From an uncultured Candidatus Rokubacteria bacterium (GTDB lineage Bacteria > Methylomirabilota > Methylomirabilia > Rokubacteriales > CSP1-6): a DNA stretch of 64,000 nucleotides. Where the stretch lies: the NCBI GenBank assembly GCA_963762145.1, contig CAVXJS010000021.1:1024001-1088000 (forward strand), written 5' to 3'. The notes beneath the pieces are model-generated. The model saw only the letters and a program-made list of their open reading frames with translations. It made no database searches and was not told the DNA's origin. Shown here piece by piece: positions 10,162 to 20,975 of the stretch; position 1 is the stretch's first letter; the number at the start of each line of letters is the position of its first letter. The translations under genes and the position numbers were made by a program.

Positions 10162-11046
10162 CCGCGGATCTCCATGGCGTCGCGCAGGCCGTCGGACAGC
10201 AGGTTGAACGCCATGGACGTCACGAAGATGGCCACGCCGGGCAGCGCGGGCACGATCGCGTTGACGTAGATGGACTGGCGCAGCGTGTTCAGCATCAGCC
10301 CCCACTCCGCGGCGGGGGGCGTGACCCCGAGCCCGAGGAAGGACAGGCCCGCGGCCAGGATGATGGCCAGCGACACCTGCGTGCTCGAGAACACGAGGAT
10401 CGGACCCAGCACGTTGGCCAGCAGGTGGTGCCGGACGATGGCCCGCACCCCCGCCCCGCTGGCCCGCGCGGCCGCGATGTACTCGAGGCCCTTCACCTGC
10501 ACGGTGGCGGACTCGGCGACCCGCACGACCCGCGGCACGAACACGATGGACAGCGAGATGAGGGTGTTCGGCGAGCCCGGGACCGAGCGCGCCCGAGATC
10601 GCGATCGCGAGCAGCACCGCCGGAAACGCGTAGAAGATGTCCATCGTGCGCATGATCAGCGTGTTGGTGAGGCCGCCCACGTAGCCCGCCATCACGCCCA
10701 GCGCGGCGCCGACCACGAACGCGACCAGCACCGGGGTGAGCCCGGCCACCAGGGTCATGCGGCCGCCCCAGAGCAGGCGGCTCAGCATGTCGCGCCCCTG
10801 CTCGTCGGTCCCGAGCACGTGCCCCGGCGCGCCGACCGGAGCGAGGCGCAGGCGGATCGACCCGGCGGCCGGATCGTACGGGGCGATCCACGGCGCGAGC
10901 ACCGCCGAGAGCACGATGACCGCCAGCACGCCGCCCGCCACCAGGGTGGCCCGGTCGCGGGCGAGCCGCCACGCGACCGTCCGCCAGTAGGACATCGGCG
11001 CGGTGGCCAGCCCCGGCGTCTCCACGAGCTCGACCGCGATGGCCAT
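10158..11046 (-). CDS. Peptide ABC transporter permease (OppC-like), frameshift near 10570
   Basis: LGTDEQGRDMLSR in one frame, EYIAAARASGA...EWGLML in the next. Confidence 0.85.
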
Positions 11047-11984
11047 CAGTGACGCGCGATCCGCGGATCGATCACCGTCTGCAGCAGGTCGACCGCGAGG
11101 TTCAGCAGCACGAAGAAGGTCGCGAGCACGAGGATCACGCCCTGCAGCACCGGGATGTCCCGCTGGAAGATCGCGAGGTTCAGCAGGTAGCCGGTGCCGG
11201 GCCAGGAGAAGACGGCCTCCACCAGCACCGAGCCGCCGAGCTGGAAGCCGAACTGCAGCCCGAGCACGGTGAGGATCTGCGGGAGCGCATTCTTGACCAC
11301 GTGGGTGAACACCCGCCGCGACGCGAGGCCCTTGGCGCGCAGGGCGAGGACGAACTCCTGGTTCAGGATGTCGAGCGCGGCCGACCGCACCACGCGGGTG
11401 ATGACGCCGAGCGGGATGAGGGCCAGCGCCAGGGTGGGCAGGACCATGTGGCGCAGGTACTCCCAGATCCCGGGGTCGTTCGCGGCGCCCATGGCGGGCA
11501 GCCAGTTGAGCTGCACCGAGAAGACGATGATGAGGATGATCCCGGCCCAGTAGTGCGGCACCGACACGCCGACCACCGCGATGCCGCTCGCGACCTTGTC
11601 GAGCACCCGGCCCTGCCGGAAGGCGGCGAGCAGCCCGAGCGCGATCCCGGCCGCGAACGCGAGGAGCGAGGACGACAGCGCGAGCACGAGGCTGTTGGCG
11701 AGCGCGTCGCGGACGTCGAGGATCACCGGGCGGCGGGTGGCGAGCGACTTGCCGAGATCGCCCTGGGCCACCCGCCCGAGCCAGACGAGGTACTGCACCG
11801 GCAGCGGCCGGTCGAAGCCGTACGCCCGCTTGGTCGCCTCGATCTCCGCCCGGCTCGCCTCGGCCGGCATCACCGCCGCGATCGGGTCGCCCGGGGCCAG
11901 ATGCACCATCGCGAACACGATGATGCTGGCCCCGAGCAGCGTCGGGATCGCGAGCAGGAGACGCCGGCCGACGTAGACCCACAC
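11046..11984 (-). CDS. Peptide ABC transporter permease (OppB-like)
   Basis: PGDP...PLPVQY...RAKGL...VEAVFSWPGTG...DPRI. Confidence 0.92.
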   Translation of the reverse strand: MWVYVGRRLLLAIPTLLGASIIVFAMVHLAPGDPIAAVMPAEASRAEIEATKRAYGFDRPLPVQYLVWLGRVAQGDLGKSLATRRPVILDVRDALANSLVLALSSSLLAFAAGIALGLLAAFRQGRVLDKVASGIAVVGVSVPHYWAGIILIIVFSVQLNWLPAMGAANDPGIWEYLRHMVLPTLALALIPLGVITRVVRSAALDILNQEFVLALRAKGLASRRVFTHVVKNALPQILTVLGLQFGFQLGGSVLVEAVFSWPGTGYLLNLAIFQRDIPVLQGVILVLATFFVLLNLAVDLLQTVIDPRIARH

Positions 11985-11994
11985 GAGGCGGCGG

Positions 11995-13594
11995 CTACCT
12001 CACGGTGACCGCGGTCAGGTCCACGAACCAGCTCTGCGGCTGGACGAAGCCCTTGACCTTCGGGGACAGCGCGCGCGGGTTCTGGTCGTGCACCACGAAG
12101 ATCCACGGCGCGTCGTCCACCACCACCTCGTGCAGCCTCGCCAGGATCTCGTTCTGCTTGGCCACGTCGAAGGTCCGCTCCGCCTCGTCGATGAGCTTGT
12201 CCGCCTCCGGGTTGATGTAGGGCATCGTGTTGACCGAGACCGGCACCACCGACTTGCTGTGGAAGAACCGGCCGAACCCGCTCCAGGGCTCGAGGAAGTT
12301 CCACGAGATGTTCCAGGCGTTGAGGCCCTCGTTCTCCGGCGTCTTGAAGCCGGCCCGCCAGCGCGTGAGCAGCGTGTTCCACTCCACCGGCTGCAGGTCC
12401 ACGTCGATGCCCACGTCCTTGAGGTTCTTCTGGATGAGCTCGTTCATCGCCAGCGGCAGCATCTGGCCCGAGCCGGAGGTCGAGATCAGCTGCACCGCCT
12501 TCGCGGGATGCTTGCTCGCGTCGAATCCGGCCTGGCGCAGCAGGTCCTTGGCCTTGGCCGGGTTGTACTCGTAGATCTCCTTCGGCTTGCCGAACCACGG
12601 ATGGCCCTTGTAGACCACCCCGGTGGCCGGGATGCAGGTATCGTTCAGCAGGCTCTTGCAGATGCCGACCCGGTCGATCGCGTAGTTGGCCGCCTTGCGG
12701 ACCAGCTTGTTGCTCCACGGCTCCTTGTCCAGCCGCAGGGTGTGCGTCCAGTTGTGCGGGTAGCTGTTCATCGTGATCGTGAACCCGCCGCTCTTGAGCT
12801 GGGGGATCGAGTCCGGCGGCGGCACCTCGACCCAGTCCACCTGCCCGCTGCGCAGCGCGGCGAGGCGCGTGGTCGGCTCCGGCAGCGGCAGCAGCACGAG
12901 CTTGTCGATCTTGGGCCGGCGCTTGGCGTCCCAGTAGCTCTTGTTGGCGTCCAGCTCGAGCCGCTCGCGCGGCACGAACTTGGTGACCTTGAAGGGGCCG
13001 GTGCCCGACGGCTGCTCGGCGAACTTGCGCCAGTCCTTGAACTTCTGCCACTGGGTCGGCGACACGATGAGCATGTAGCAGATCTGGTACGGCACGAAGC
13101 TGGTGGGCTTGTTGGTCTCGAACTCCACCGTGTGGTCGTCGATCTTGGTGATCCCGATGACGCGAGGCGAGCCGGAAGCTGACCTGGCCCGAGCCGTACG
13201 TGTCGAAGTGCGGGGCGTCCTTCTTCTTGATCGACTCGAAGGAGAAGACCACCGCGTCGGCGTTGAACGGGCTGCCGTCGTGGAACGTGACGCCCTTGCG
13301 CAGCTTGAACACCCACTTGGTCGGCGCGTCCTTGCGCACCTCCCAGGACTCGGCGAGCCCGGGCACCAGCGGAGCCAGCCGGTCGCCGCGGGTGAGGTCC
13401 CACGCGATCAGCGGCTCGTAGATCTGGTAGCCGACGAAGCGGAAGCCTTCGAAGCCGTTGTCGGTCTGGCCGCCCGTGTAGGGAATGTCGCTCGCGGTCA
13501 TGCCGATCCGGAGCGTGCCCTGCGCGAGAGCGGGGCCGGTCAGGGCCATGGCGAGCAGCGGGGCGAGGAGCAGGATGACGGACAGCGATCTCAT
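11995..13594 (-). CDS. Family 5 ABC substrate-binding protein, frameshift near 13162
   Basis: Signal peptide, PGLAESWE...[20 protein letters not shown], then GTGPFK in another frame. Confidence 0.85.
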
Positions 13595-14592
13595 GGGGTG
13601 GACAAGTGGCGGGTCGCGGCCTCGCGAGCGCTCGGCGACGAGGTGACAGCGGGCGGTGTGGCCGGGGGCCACGGGGTGGAACGACGGCGCGGTGGTCGTG
13701 CAGACCTCGAGGGCGCCGCGGGCACCGCGGCGCGAACGCGCAGCCGGGCGGCAGGGCGACGAGGTTCGGCGGCGCGCCCGCGATCGGCACGAGGGGGCGC
13801 CCCTTCTGGCCGCGGCGCACGGTGGCCTGCATCAGCCCGGCGGTGTACGGATGCGCGGGGCGGCGGAACAGCTCGCGGATCGGGGCCTGCTCGACGATGC
13901 GCCCGGCGTACATCACGGCCGCGTCGTCCGCGATCTCCGCGGCGACGCCGAGATCGTGGGTGACGAAGATCACGGCCAGGTCGAGCCGCTTCTGCAGATC
14001 GCGCAGCAGCCAGAGGATCTGCGCCTGCACCGTGACGTCGAGCGCGGTGGTCGGCTCGTCGGCGAGCAGGAGCTCCGGCTCGCAGGCGAGCGCGATCGCG
14101 ATCATCGCGCGCTGGCGCATGCCCCCCGAGATCTCGTGCGGGTAGCTGGCCAGGCACCGCTCCGGCGACGGGACCTGCACGAGATCGAGCAGCTCGCGGG
14201 CGCGCCCGCGGGCGGCCGCGCGGTCGAGCTTGCGGTGCTGCACGAGCGTCTCCGACGATCTGCTGGCCGATGGTGTAGACCGGATCGAGCGCGGTCATCG
14301 GCTCCTGGAACACGAGGGAGACGACGCTGCCGCGCAGCGCCTCGCGCGCGCCCTCGTCGAGCCGGTTGACGTCGCGCCCCTTCACGAGCACCTCGCCGGC
14401 GACCCGCGCGCGGGCGCCCTGGTGCAGCCCCAGGATCGCGCGGAGGGTGACGCTCTTCCCGGAGCCCGACTCGCCCAGGAGGGCGAGCACCTTCCCCGCC
14501 TCGAGCGAGAAGGTGACGTCGTTCACCGCGCGCACGGTGCCGTCGCGTGTCTCGAAGGACACGCTGAGGTCGCGGACGGTCAGTAACGGCAT
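13591..14592 (-). CDS. Peptide ABC transporter ATP-binding protein (OppD-like), frameshifts near 14252 and 13717
   Basis: [24 protein letters not shown] and HPYT spread over changing frames. Confidence 0.85.
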   Translation of the reverse strand: MPLLTVRDLSVSFETRDGTVRAVNDVTFSLEAGKVLALLGESGSGKSVTLRAILGLHQGARARVAGEVLVKGRDVNRLDEGAREALRGSVVSLVFQEPMTALDPVYTIGQQIVGDARAAPQARPRGRPRARPRAARSRAGPVAGAVPGQLPARDLGGHAPARDDRDRARLRAGAPARRRADHRARRHGAGADPLAAARSAEAARPGRDLRHPRSRRRRGDRGRRGRDVRRAHRRAGPDPRAVPPPRASVHRRADAGHRAPRPEGAPPRADRGRAAEPRRPAARLRVRAAVPAAPSRSARPPRRRSTPWPPATPPAVTSSPSAREAATRHLSTP

Positions 14593-14726
14593 GCGCGCAT
14601 CTTGCAACCGACGTGCCCCACCCGCGAGGCCGGTTTCGTGCGCCTTGGCCGGGTCAGGCCCGCCCGTGGCGCGGGCGGTTGCTCACGAAAGCGGCGATGG
14701 CCGCGACCGCTGCACAGAAAGAATAC

Positions 14727-15560
14727 TCACCCCGGGAACGGGGTCGCCACCGGGAGCTCCGCGATCCTCAGCTTGACGTCCTGCACCCCCGCGACGTCGC
14801 GCGCGACCGCGACCGCCACGTCGGGATCGGCGCCGGCGGGCAGCTCGAGGGTCACGAGACCGCGGGTGGACTCCACGTCGATCCGGTACCGCCGCATGTC
14901 GGGGTGGCCGGCGAGCGCGACCTCCACCTGGGAGGCCACCACGCGGTCGGCCACGAGCTGCCGGGCCGCGTCCGTGGTGACGAACTCGGGCCGACGCGCC
15001 ATCTCGGCCAGCAGGTCCACCGCCGCCGCGCGGGAGAAGCCCGCGGTGTTGATCAGCAGGTCGTAGAGCCCGGGATCCTTGATGTCGACGTCGAAGAGGT
15101 AGCGCATCCGCGACGCCTTCTGGATGTCGTCCCGACGAATGAACTGGGCGACCGTCTTCGGGGTGACGCGCTCCCGCCCCTGCGCCGACAGGGTGGCGGT
15201 CAGCCGGGTCACGCGCTCGGGGAAGGGCGCCACGATCCTCGTCCGGAGGGCGTGGGGCACCCCCCGCAGGAGCCACTGGCCGCCGCCACCGATCAGGACG
15301 ACGTCGTCGGCCTGCGCGAACTCGTACAGGACCGCCTGGAGGGCCAGGATGCAGCGGCGCGTCTCGGCATCGAAGCGCTCGACCCAGGACGGCCGGTCCT
15401 CCACGAGGCGGGCGAGCCGATCCTCGGCCAAGCCGTACTTCTGCGCTCGCCCGAGCAGCTCCTCGTTGTCGACGTAGGTGTACCCGAGGCGGGTCGCCAC
15501 GGCCATGCCGATCTCGGCACCGCCGCTACCCATTTCGTGGGAGATCGTCAGAATCGCCAT
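14727..15560 (-). CDS. Cytidylate kinase-like protein with C-terminal BON-like domain
   Basis: MAILTISHEMGSGGAEIG...YDLLINT; C-terminal IDVESTRGLVTL...VAGVQDV. Confidence 0.8.
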   Translation of the reverse strand: MAILTISHEMGSGGAEIGMAVATRLGYTYVDNEELLGRAQKYGLAEDRLARLVEDRPSWVERFDAETRRCILALQAVLYEFAQADDVVLIGGGGQWLLRGVPHALRTRIVAPFPERVTRLTATLSAQGRERVTPKTVAQFIRRDDIQKASRMRYLFDVDIKDPGLYDLLINTAGFSRAAAVDLLAEMARRPEFVTTDAARQLVADRVVASQVEVALAGHPDMRRYRIDVESTRGLVTLELPAGADPDVAVAVARDVAGVQDVKLRIAELPVATPFPG

Positions 15561-15611
15561 GGCATCTCTCCTGCCCGGCAGCCCCTGGCATCCAGGGGGC
15601 AAGGCCGACCC

Positions 15612-15657
15612 GGTCGGACGGTGGCGAGAGCTTAGTCTCGGGCGGGATCGGGGTCAA
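15612..15657 (-). promoter_or_regulatory. Sigma70-like promoter with shared leader motif (copy 2)
   Basis: Minus strand TTGACC-N17-TAAGCT-CTCGCCACCGTCCGACC; 22 bp (15620-15641) identical to 45040-45061. Confidence 0.7.
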
Positions 15658-15740
15658 GCCCCGTCCTTCGCCTCGATTCGCCGCGCCGGGCCGCCCGTGT
15701 TGACGCCGGGTGACCGGAGGGATATCCTCGCGTTCTCGCC

Positions 15741-18700
15741 ATGATCTGTGGGCGATGCGGCGCAGAAAACGATTCCGGGCGGTTGTTCTGCTCCGCATGT
15801 GGTGAAGCCCTGTCGCCGAGTTGTTCCCGCTGCGGCTTCGCCAACAAGGCCCTGGCCCACTTCTGCGGCGGCTGCGGCGCTCCCCTGGGCTCCTCGCCAT
15901 CGGGCGGCGGCCCCGAAGCCTACACGCCGAAGCATCTCGCCGAGCGCGTCCTGACCACCCGGAGCGCGCTCGAAGGCGAGCGGAAACGGGTCACCGTCCT
16001 CTTCTGCGACGTCGTCGAGTCGTACCGCCTGGCCGAGCAGCTCGGCCCCGAAGGAATGCACGAGACCATGGACCAGGCCCTCCGGCTGATGGCGGAGGCC
16101 GTCCACCGCTACGAAGGAACCGTCAACCAGTTTCTCGGCGATGGACTGATGGCGCTCTTCGGCGCGCCGGTTGCCCTCGAGCAGCACGCGCTGCGGGCCA
16201 TCTATGCCGCGCTGGGAATCCGCGACGCGCTGCGGGCCTTCAACGAGCGCCCGTCGGCCCGCGCGGGCGCCGCCCTGCGGGTGCGAATGGGACTGCACAG
16301 CGGGATCGTCGTGGTCGGCCGCATCGGAGACGACCTCCGGATGGACTACACGGCGGTCGGAGACACCACGCACCTGGCCGCTCGGCTTCAGGCGTTCGCC
16401 GAGCCGGGCGACATCCTGATCAGCGACGACACCGCGCGGCTCGTGGAGGGCTACGTCCGGCTCGATTCCCTCGGATCGCTCGCGATCCGGGGACGCTCGG
16501 AGCCCGTCGTGGCCCACCGGGTCCTGGGCGTGCGGGCCAGCCGCAGCCGCTTCCAGGTCGCGGCCGAGCGTGGCCTCACCCCGTTCGTCGGCCGCGAGCG
16601 GGACCTCCGGCTGCTGAAGGAGCGCCTCGCGCGGGCGCGCGCGGGCCGCGGGCAGGTGGTGAGCATCGTGGGGGAAGCGGGCGTCGGAAAGTCGCGCCTG
16701 GTGCACGAGTTTCACCGCGCCCTGCAGGGCGAAGCCATCACCTGGCTCGAGGGCCAGTGCTCGGCCTCGGGCCAGTCCGTGCCGTATCACCCGATCCTCC
16801 ACGCGATGCGGATGAGCTTCCGGATCGAGCCGGACGACAGCGCGTCGCGGATCCGGGAGAAGATCCGGCGTGGCGTCCGGCAGATCGCGATGGACCCCGA
16901 GGCGGTCCTTCCGGTTCTGGAGATGCTGTTCGGCCTGTCGGTCTCCAGCGAAGCGCTGCAACGCCTCGATCCGCACGCGAAGCGTCAGCGAATCTTCGAA
17001 ACGATCCGGGCGCTCACCATGGCCGGGGCCCGGCTCCGGCCGCTCGTCGTCGTCCTCGAGGACCTCCACTGGATCGACACGACGTCGGAGGAGTTCCTCG
17101 TCCAGCTGATCGACAGCCTGCCGGGCATGCCGCTGCTCCTCCTGACCACCCACCGGCCCGGCTACACCCCGCGCTGGACCGCCTATTCCGCCCAGATCGG
17201 TCTCGATCTGCTCGAGACGACCGAAGTGCACGCGATGGTGTCACACCTCCTCGGGACGACCGAGATGCCGAGCGAGCTCGTGGAACTGGTGTGGGAGAAG
17301 GCGGAGGGCAATCCCCTCTTCGTCGAGGAGATCATCCGGTCGATGTTCGAGCGCGGGGTGCTGCGGCGGGACCAGAAGCAGGTGCGCTGGATGGGCACCG
17401 AGGACATCGACTTCCCGGCCAGCATCCAGGACATCGTGAGCGCCCGGTTCGACCGCATTCCGGAGCCGGCGCGGCGAACCCTGCAGGTCGGGGCCGTCGT
17501 CGGCCGGCACTTCAGCATCAGCCTGCTCGCGCGAACCGTCGAGGCGCCGGAAGACGTGGCCGCGCATCTGGAGGTGCTCAAGCAGGCCGAGCTCGTGCAC
17601 GAGACCCAGTTCTTCCCCGAGCCCGAGTACGCGTTCAAGCACGCCATCGTCCAGGAGGTGGTGTACCAGAGTCTCCTCGTCCCGCGTCGGACGCAGCTCC
17701 ACCGCCTCATCGGCGAGGCGCTCGAGGAGATGACCCCACCGACGCTCTCCGAGCACGGCAGCGCGCTCGCGTATCACTTCTCCCGGGGCGACGTCGCGGG
17801 CAAGGCGGTCAAGTACCTGATCGAGTCGGGAGACCGCGCGGCGGCCGCGTTCTCGAACCGGGAGGCGCTCCACCTCTACCGCCAGGCGCTCGAGCTGCAC
17901 CGCGGCGGGGATCGCGCGATCGAGGCCGCCCTCCTCCACAAGCTCGGCACCGCCAGCCTCTTTCTCGGCGACGCCGCCGCGAGCCTGCGCTATGTCGAGG
18001 CGGCGCTCGAGGCGTACCAGACCCTGGGAGACAAGCGGAACGCGCTCCGGATGCATCTCGACATCTCGCGCCTGTCCACCGACGGGTACGGCGACGCGGC
18101 CGAGGAGGATCGCGCCCGGCGTCATCTGGAAGCGGTGGCGGCGAGCGTGGAGACCGACGACGACAGCCTGGAGAAGGGCCTGATCTATCAACGCGCGGCC
18201 CACCTGCATCTGCATCGCGGGCAGCCCTCGACGAGCCTGGCCTGGGCCCACCGGGCGGTGGACCTCTTCGCGCGCCTGGCCATTCCGATGGGGACCTCGC
18301 TGGGCACGGTCCTCACCTACATGGGGCGCATCGACGAGGGCGTCGCCTACAACGAGAAGAACTGGGACGCGGTCGTGACGGCCGCCAATCCGCTCGTGAT
18401 CGCGGGGCTCGGGCACGAGCTGACCCTCACCCTCGCGCTGGCGCTCGACGTGCCTCGGGCGCGGGCCTGGGGCGAGAAGGCGCTGCCGCTCGCGATGAAG
18501 GCGAGCCCGGTGTTCGAGGGTCTCCTCCGGCGTCCGCTCGCGCTGACCTACGCGCTCTCGGGCGAGGTGGCGAAGGGGGAGGAAGCCTGCGAGGCGATCC
18601 TTCGCATCGAGCGGGATACCCAGCTCGGGTGCCTCTTCGAGGACGCCGCCAGCGTGGGATTCTTCTACGCGCGGCGCGGCCAGTGGGACCGGGCCCGCGC

Positions 18701-19277
18701 CTTCCTCGAGCCCGCCGCCGCGAAGAACCGAGGCCGGAACGTCGCGGCCTACGCCGCCTGTCTCGTCGTCCTCGGGCACCTGCGGGGAAAAGGGGCGGAC
18801 CCGGTGTCGGCCCACGCCACGCTCGACGAGGCGCTCGAGCTCGCCCGGACCGGAGGCAACGTGCTCCTCGAGGCCTGGGGGCTGACCGAGCTCGCCGAGG
18901 TCGCGCTCGCGACGCATCGTCCGGATATCGTCGACACGTGTATCCGACGGAGCCTCGCCCTGCTCGACCCCGACAAGAAGTGGTACGGGCTGCCGGGCCG
19001 GCTCGAGATCGTGCGCGGCCGGTTCGCGGCCGACAACCGCGGCTGGGACGAGGCCGACGGCCATTTCGAGCGCGCGATCGCGGTCACGCGCGCCTTCGAG
19101 CTTCCCTACGACGAGGCCCGCGCCCACCACGCGGCGGCCCTGGCCGTCTTGCAGCGCGGAGCCGCGGGAGGCCGCGAGCAGGCCGCCCTCGCCCTCGGGC
19201 ACGCCGAAGTGCTCTTCCGCCAGGTCGGCGCCGAGCGCGATCTCGAGACGGTGGCCGGCACGCTCGCGCGCCTGTAG
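15741..19277 (+). CDS. Double zinc ribbon + class III adenylate/guanylate cyclase + AAA(STAND) ATPase + TPR protein
   Basis: Four CxxC; VLFCDV, GDGLMALFG, GDTTHLAARL; GEAGVGKSRL and EDLHW; helical C-terminus. Confidence 0.92.
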   Translation: MICGRCGAENDSGRLFCSACGEALSPSCSRCGFANKALAHFCGGCGAPLGSSPSGGGPEAYTPKHLAERVLTTRSALEGERKRVTVLFCDVVESYRLAEQLGPEGMHETMDQALRLMAEAVHRYEGTVNQFLGDGLMALFGAPVALEQHALRAIYAALGIRDALRAFNERPSARAGAALRVRMGLHSGIVVVGRIGDDLRMDYTAVGDTTHLAARLQAFAEPGDILISDDTARLVEGYVRLDSLGSLAIRGRSEPVVAHRVLGVRASRSRFQVAAERGLTPFVGRERDLRLLKERLARARAGRGQVVSIVGEAGVGKSRLVHEFHRALQGEAITWLEGQCSASGQSVPYHPILHAMRMSFRIEPDDSASRIREKIRRGVRQIAMDPEAVLPVLEMLFGLSVSSEALQRLDPHAKRQRIFETIRALTMAGARLRPLVVVLEDLHWIDTTSEEFLVQLIDSLPGMPLLLLTTHRPGYTPRWTAYSAQIGLDLLETTEVHAMVSHLLGTTEMPSELVELVWEKAEGNPLFVEEIIRSMFERGVLRRDQKQVRWMGTEDIDFPASIQDIVSARFDRIPEPARRTLQVGAVVGRHFSISLLARTVEAPEDVAAHLEVLKQAELVHETQFFPEPEYAFKHAIVQEVVYQSLLVPRRTQLHRLIGEALEEMTPPTLSEHGSALAYHFSRGDVAGKAVKYLIESGDRAAAAFSNREALHLYRQALELHRGGDRAIEAALLHKLGTASLFLGDAAASLRYVEAALEAYQTLGDKRNALRMHLDISRLSTDGYGDAAEEDRARRHLEAVAASVETDDDSLEKGLIYQRAAHLHLHRGQPSTSLAWAHRAVDLFARLAIPMGTSLGTVLTYMGRIDEGVAYNEKNWDAVVTAANPLVIAGLGHELTLTLALALDVPRARAWGEKALPLAMKASPVFEGLLRRPLALTYALSGEVAKGEEACEAILRIERDTQLGCLFEDAASVGFFYARRGQWDRARAFLEPAAAKNRGRNVAAYAACLVVLGHLRGKGADPVSAHATLDEALELARTGGNVLLEAWGLTELAEVALATHRPDIVDTCIRRSLALLDPDKKWYGLPGRLEIVRGRFAADNRGWDEADGHFERAIAVTRAFELPYDEARAHHAAALAVLQRGAAGGREQAALALGHAEVLFRQVGAERDLETVAGTLARL

Positions 19278-19359
19278 CGAAGTTTTCGCCCGGAGAGGAT
19301 CGCGGGCAGGCCGGGCCGGAGGTCCGACGCCGGCCCGCCCGGATCAGGAGCGCTATGGG

Positions 19360-20862
19360 CTAGGCGCTCACCCGATGGACGTAGCCGTAGCGCGCGTTGC
19401 TCCGCATGCCGCCGAGCCTCGCGTACTCGGACTTGATGGCCGCCACCTTGTCGCCGGTGATGGCGCCCTGCGCGGTCTTCATGTCGATCCGGTAGAGCCG
19501 CGCCGAGTTGCGGGCGAAGATCATCGTTTTGACCGGCCCGTCGGCGGCACCGAGCGGGGCGAAGCCGTGCTTCTTCTGCATGTCGGCCGGGATCTCCAGG
19601 CGCCGCATCGCCTCGATCTGCCACTGGGGAGATCCATACCAGAGGGAGTCGGTGCCCCAGATCACGTGATCGGTCCCGAGGCCACGGATCAGCGTGCCGA
19701 CGAACGCGGCGGCAAAGCGCGGGTTGGCCACCGCGGAGTTCGCGAAGGACGTGCCGATCTCCCCGTAGACGTTCTTGACGCCGTACTTGGCCGGGATCTC
19801 GGCCAGCTCGGTCGCCCACTGGATCCGGCCGGTCTTGTCGAACTCGGCCAGCGCATCGTCGGGCTTCTCCAGGAAAGGCCGGAGCGCCCCGTGATAGATC
19901 ACGAAGTTGATCTTCGGCCAGTCCTTGGCCGCCTTGCCCACGTCCCACACCGTGTTGTATTCCCAGACTCCCGGCCACGACTTCTCGTAGTCGGCGGGCA
20001 GCAGGCCCTTGTGGATGCAGACGGTGGTGATGCCGGCCTTGCTGATCCGCTCGTAGAAGGGGTACATCAGCTTGTCGTCGTCGAGCCGCCAGTAGGATTG
20101 CTGCTTGGAGGGGAAGAGCGGGTCGCCGATCGTGTAGCCCTTCCACGAATCGGGCTTGACGGTGGCGATGCAGCGATCCACCTCTTCCATCCAGTTCGCC
20201 TTCTTGGGCGTGAAGACGGAGTGGGCGAGCAGCCGGCGCGAGCCACTGATCTTGTTGATGGACGCGCGGGCCATCGCGATCTGGTCGTTGGTCAGGAAAT
20301 CCCACGCCGGATCGTCGAAGGGGGCCCCGGTCAGCAGGGCCACCTTCGTGTCGCTGTCGACGAAGATCTCCTTGAGGTAGTTCTCGAACTTGAAGCGGGC
20401 CAGGGTGTTCTCGCCCCAGAGGGACGGGTTCCAGTTCTGCTTGGCGTACTTGGCGAGGTCGAGCAGGCCCGCCTGGTTGAAGTCGTCGCGCACGAAGTGG
20501 GTCTGGGCGTCGATGATGAACTGCTTGGAGAGCGCGCCGGCCCGCTGGTTGGCCACCCCGGGGGTCTGGGCCTCGGCCGCGCTCACGTCGAAGAGCGGGC
20601 CGAAGACCTCGTTCATGGCGAGGAAGGCGGCGGCCATCCCGGCGCTCGAGGCCAGGAACTGGCGTCGGTCCATCCCGTGCCGGGGGCCGAGGCCGTCCGC
20701 CAGCTCCTTGATGCGGGCTTCGACGCGCTGCTGATCGCGGGTCTGCGGCAGCGGGATGAACTCGCCGTTGGACACGATCTGGGTGGGGACGGGAGATGCG
20801 AACGATGCGACCTCGGCCGGCGCCGTTCGCGTGAGCTCCTCGTCGCTGAGGTAGTGGGCCAT
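19360..20862 (-). CDS. Amidohydrolase family protein with internal Tat-like motif
   Basis: IDAQTH, CIHKG, IWGTDSLWYGSPQ; DRRQFL segment about 60 aa from the start. Confidence 0.88.
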   Translation of the reverse strand: MAHYLSDEELTRTAPAEVASFASPVPTQIVSNGEFIPLPQTRDQQRVEARIKELADGLGPRHGMDRRQFLASSAGMAAAFLAMNEVFGPLFDVSAAEAQTPGVANQRAGALSKQFIIDAQTHFVRDDFNQAGLLDLAKYAKQNWNPSLWGENTLARFKFENYLKEIFVDSDTKVALLTGAPFDDPAWDFLTNDQIAMARASINKISGSRRLLAHSVFTPKKANWMEEVDRCIATVKPDSWKGYTIGDPLFPSKQQSYWRLDDDKLMYPFYERISKAGITTVCIHKGLLPADYEKSWPGVWEYNTVWDVGKAAKDWPKINFVIYHGALRPFLEKPDDALAEFDKTGRIQWATELAEIPAKYGVKNVYGEIGTSFANSAVANPRFAAAFVGTLIRGLGTDHVIWGTDSLWYGSPQWQIEAMRRLEIPADMQKKHGFAPLGAADGPVKTMIFARNSARLYRIDMKTAQGAITGDKVAAIKSEYARLGGMRSNARYGYVHRVSA

Positions 20863-20975
20863 GGCGGACCTCCTTCAAGGTGAAGGGGTTGGAGTGAGCT
20901 GCCACAGATTCCGAGCTCGCGACGAGCCTAGTCCGAATCAGGGACTTGTCAAGAGCGGCCGCGTCGCGCCGGAAG

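Noticed and set aside
15821-19363. Very long alternative-frame and antisense ORFs (this one and many others in the track)
   Set aside because: Arg/Pro/Gly-rich shadow ORFs expected at high GC, overlapping well-supported genes
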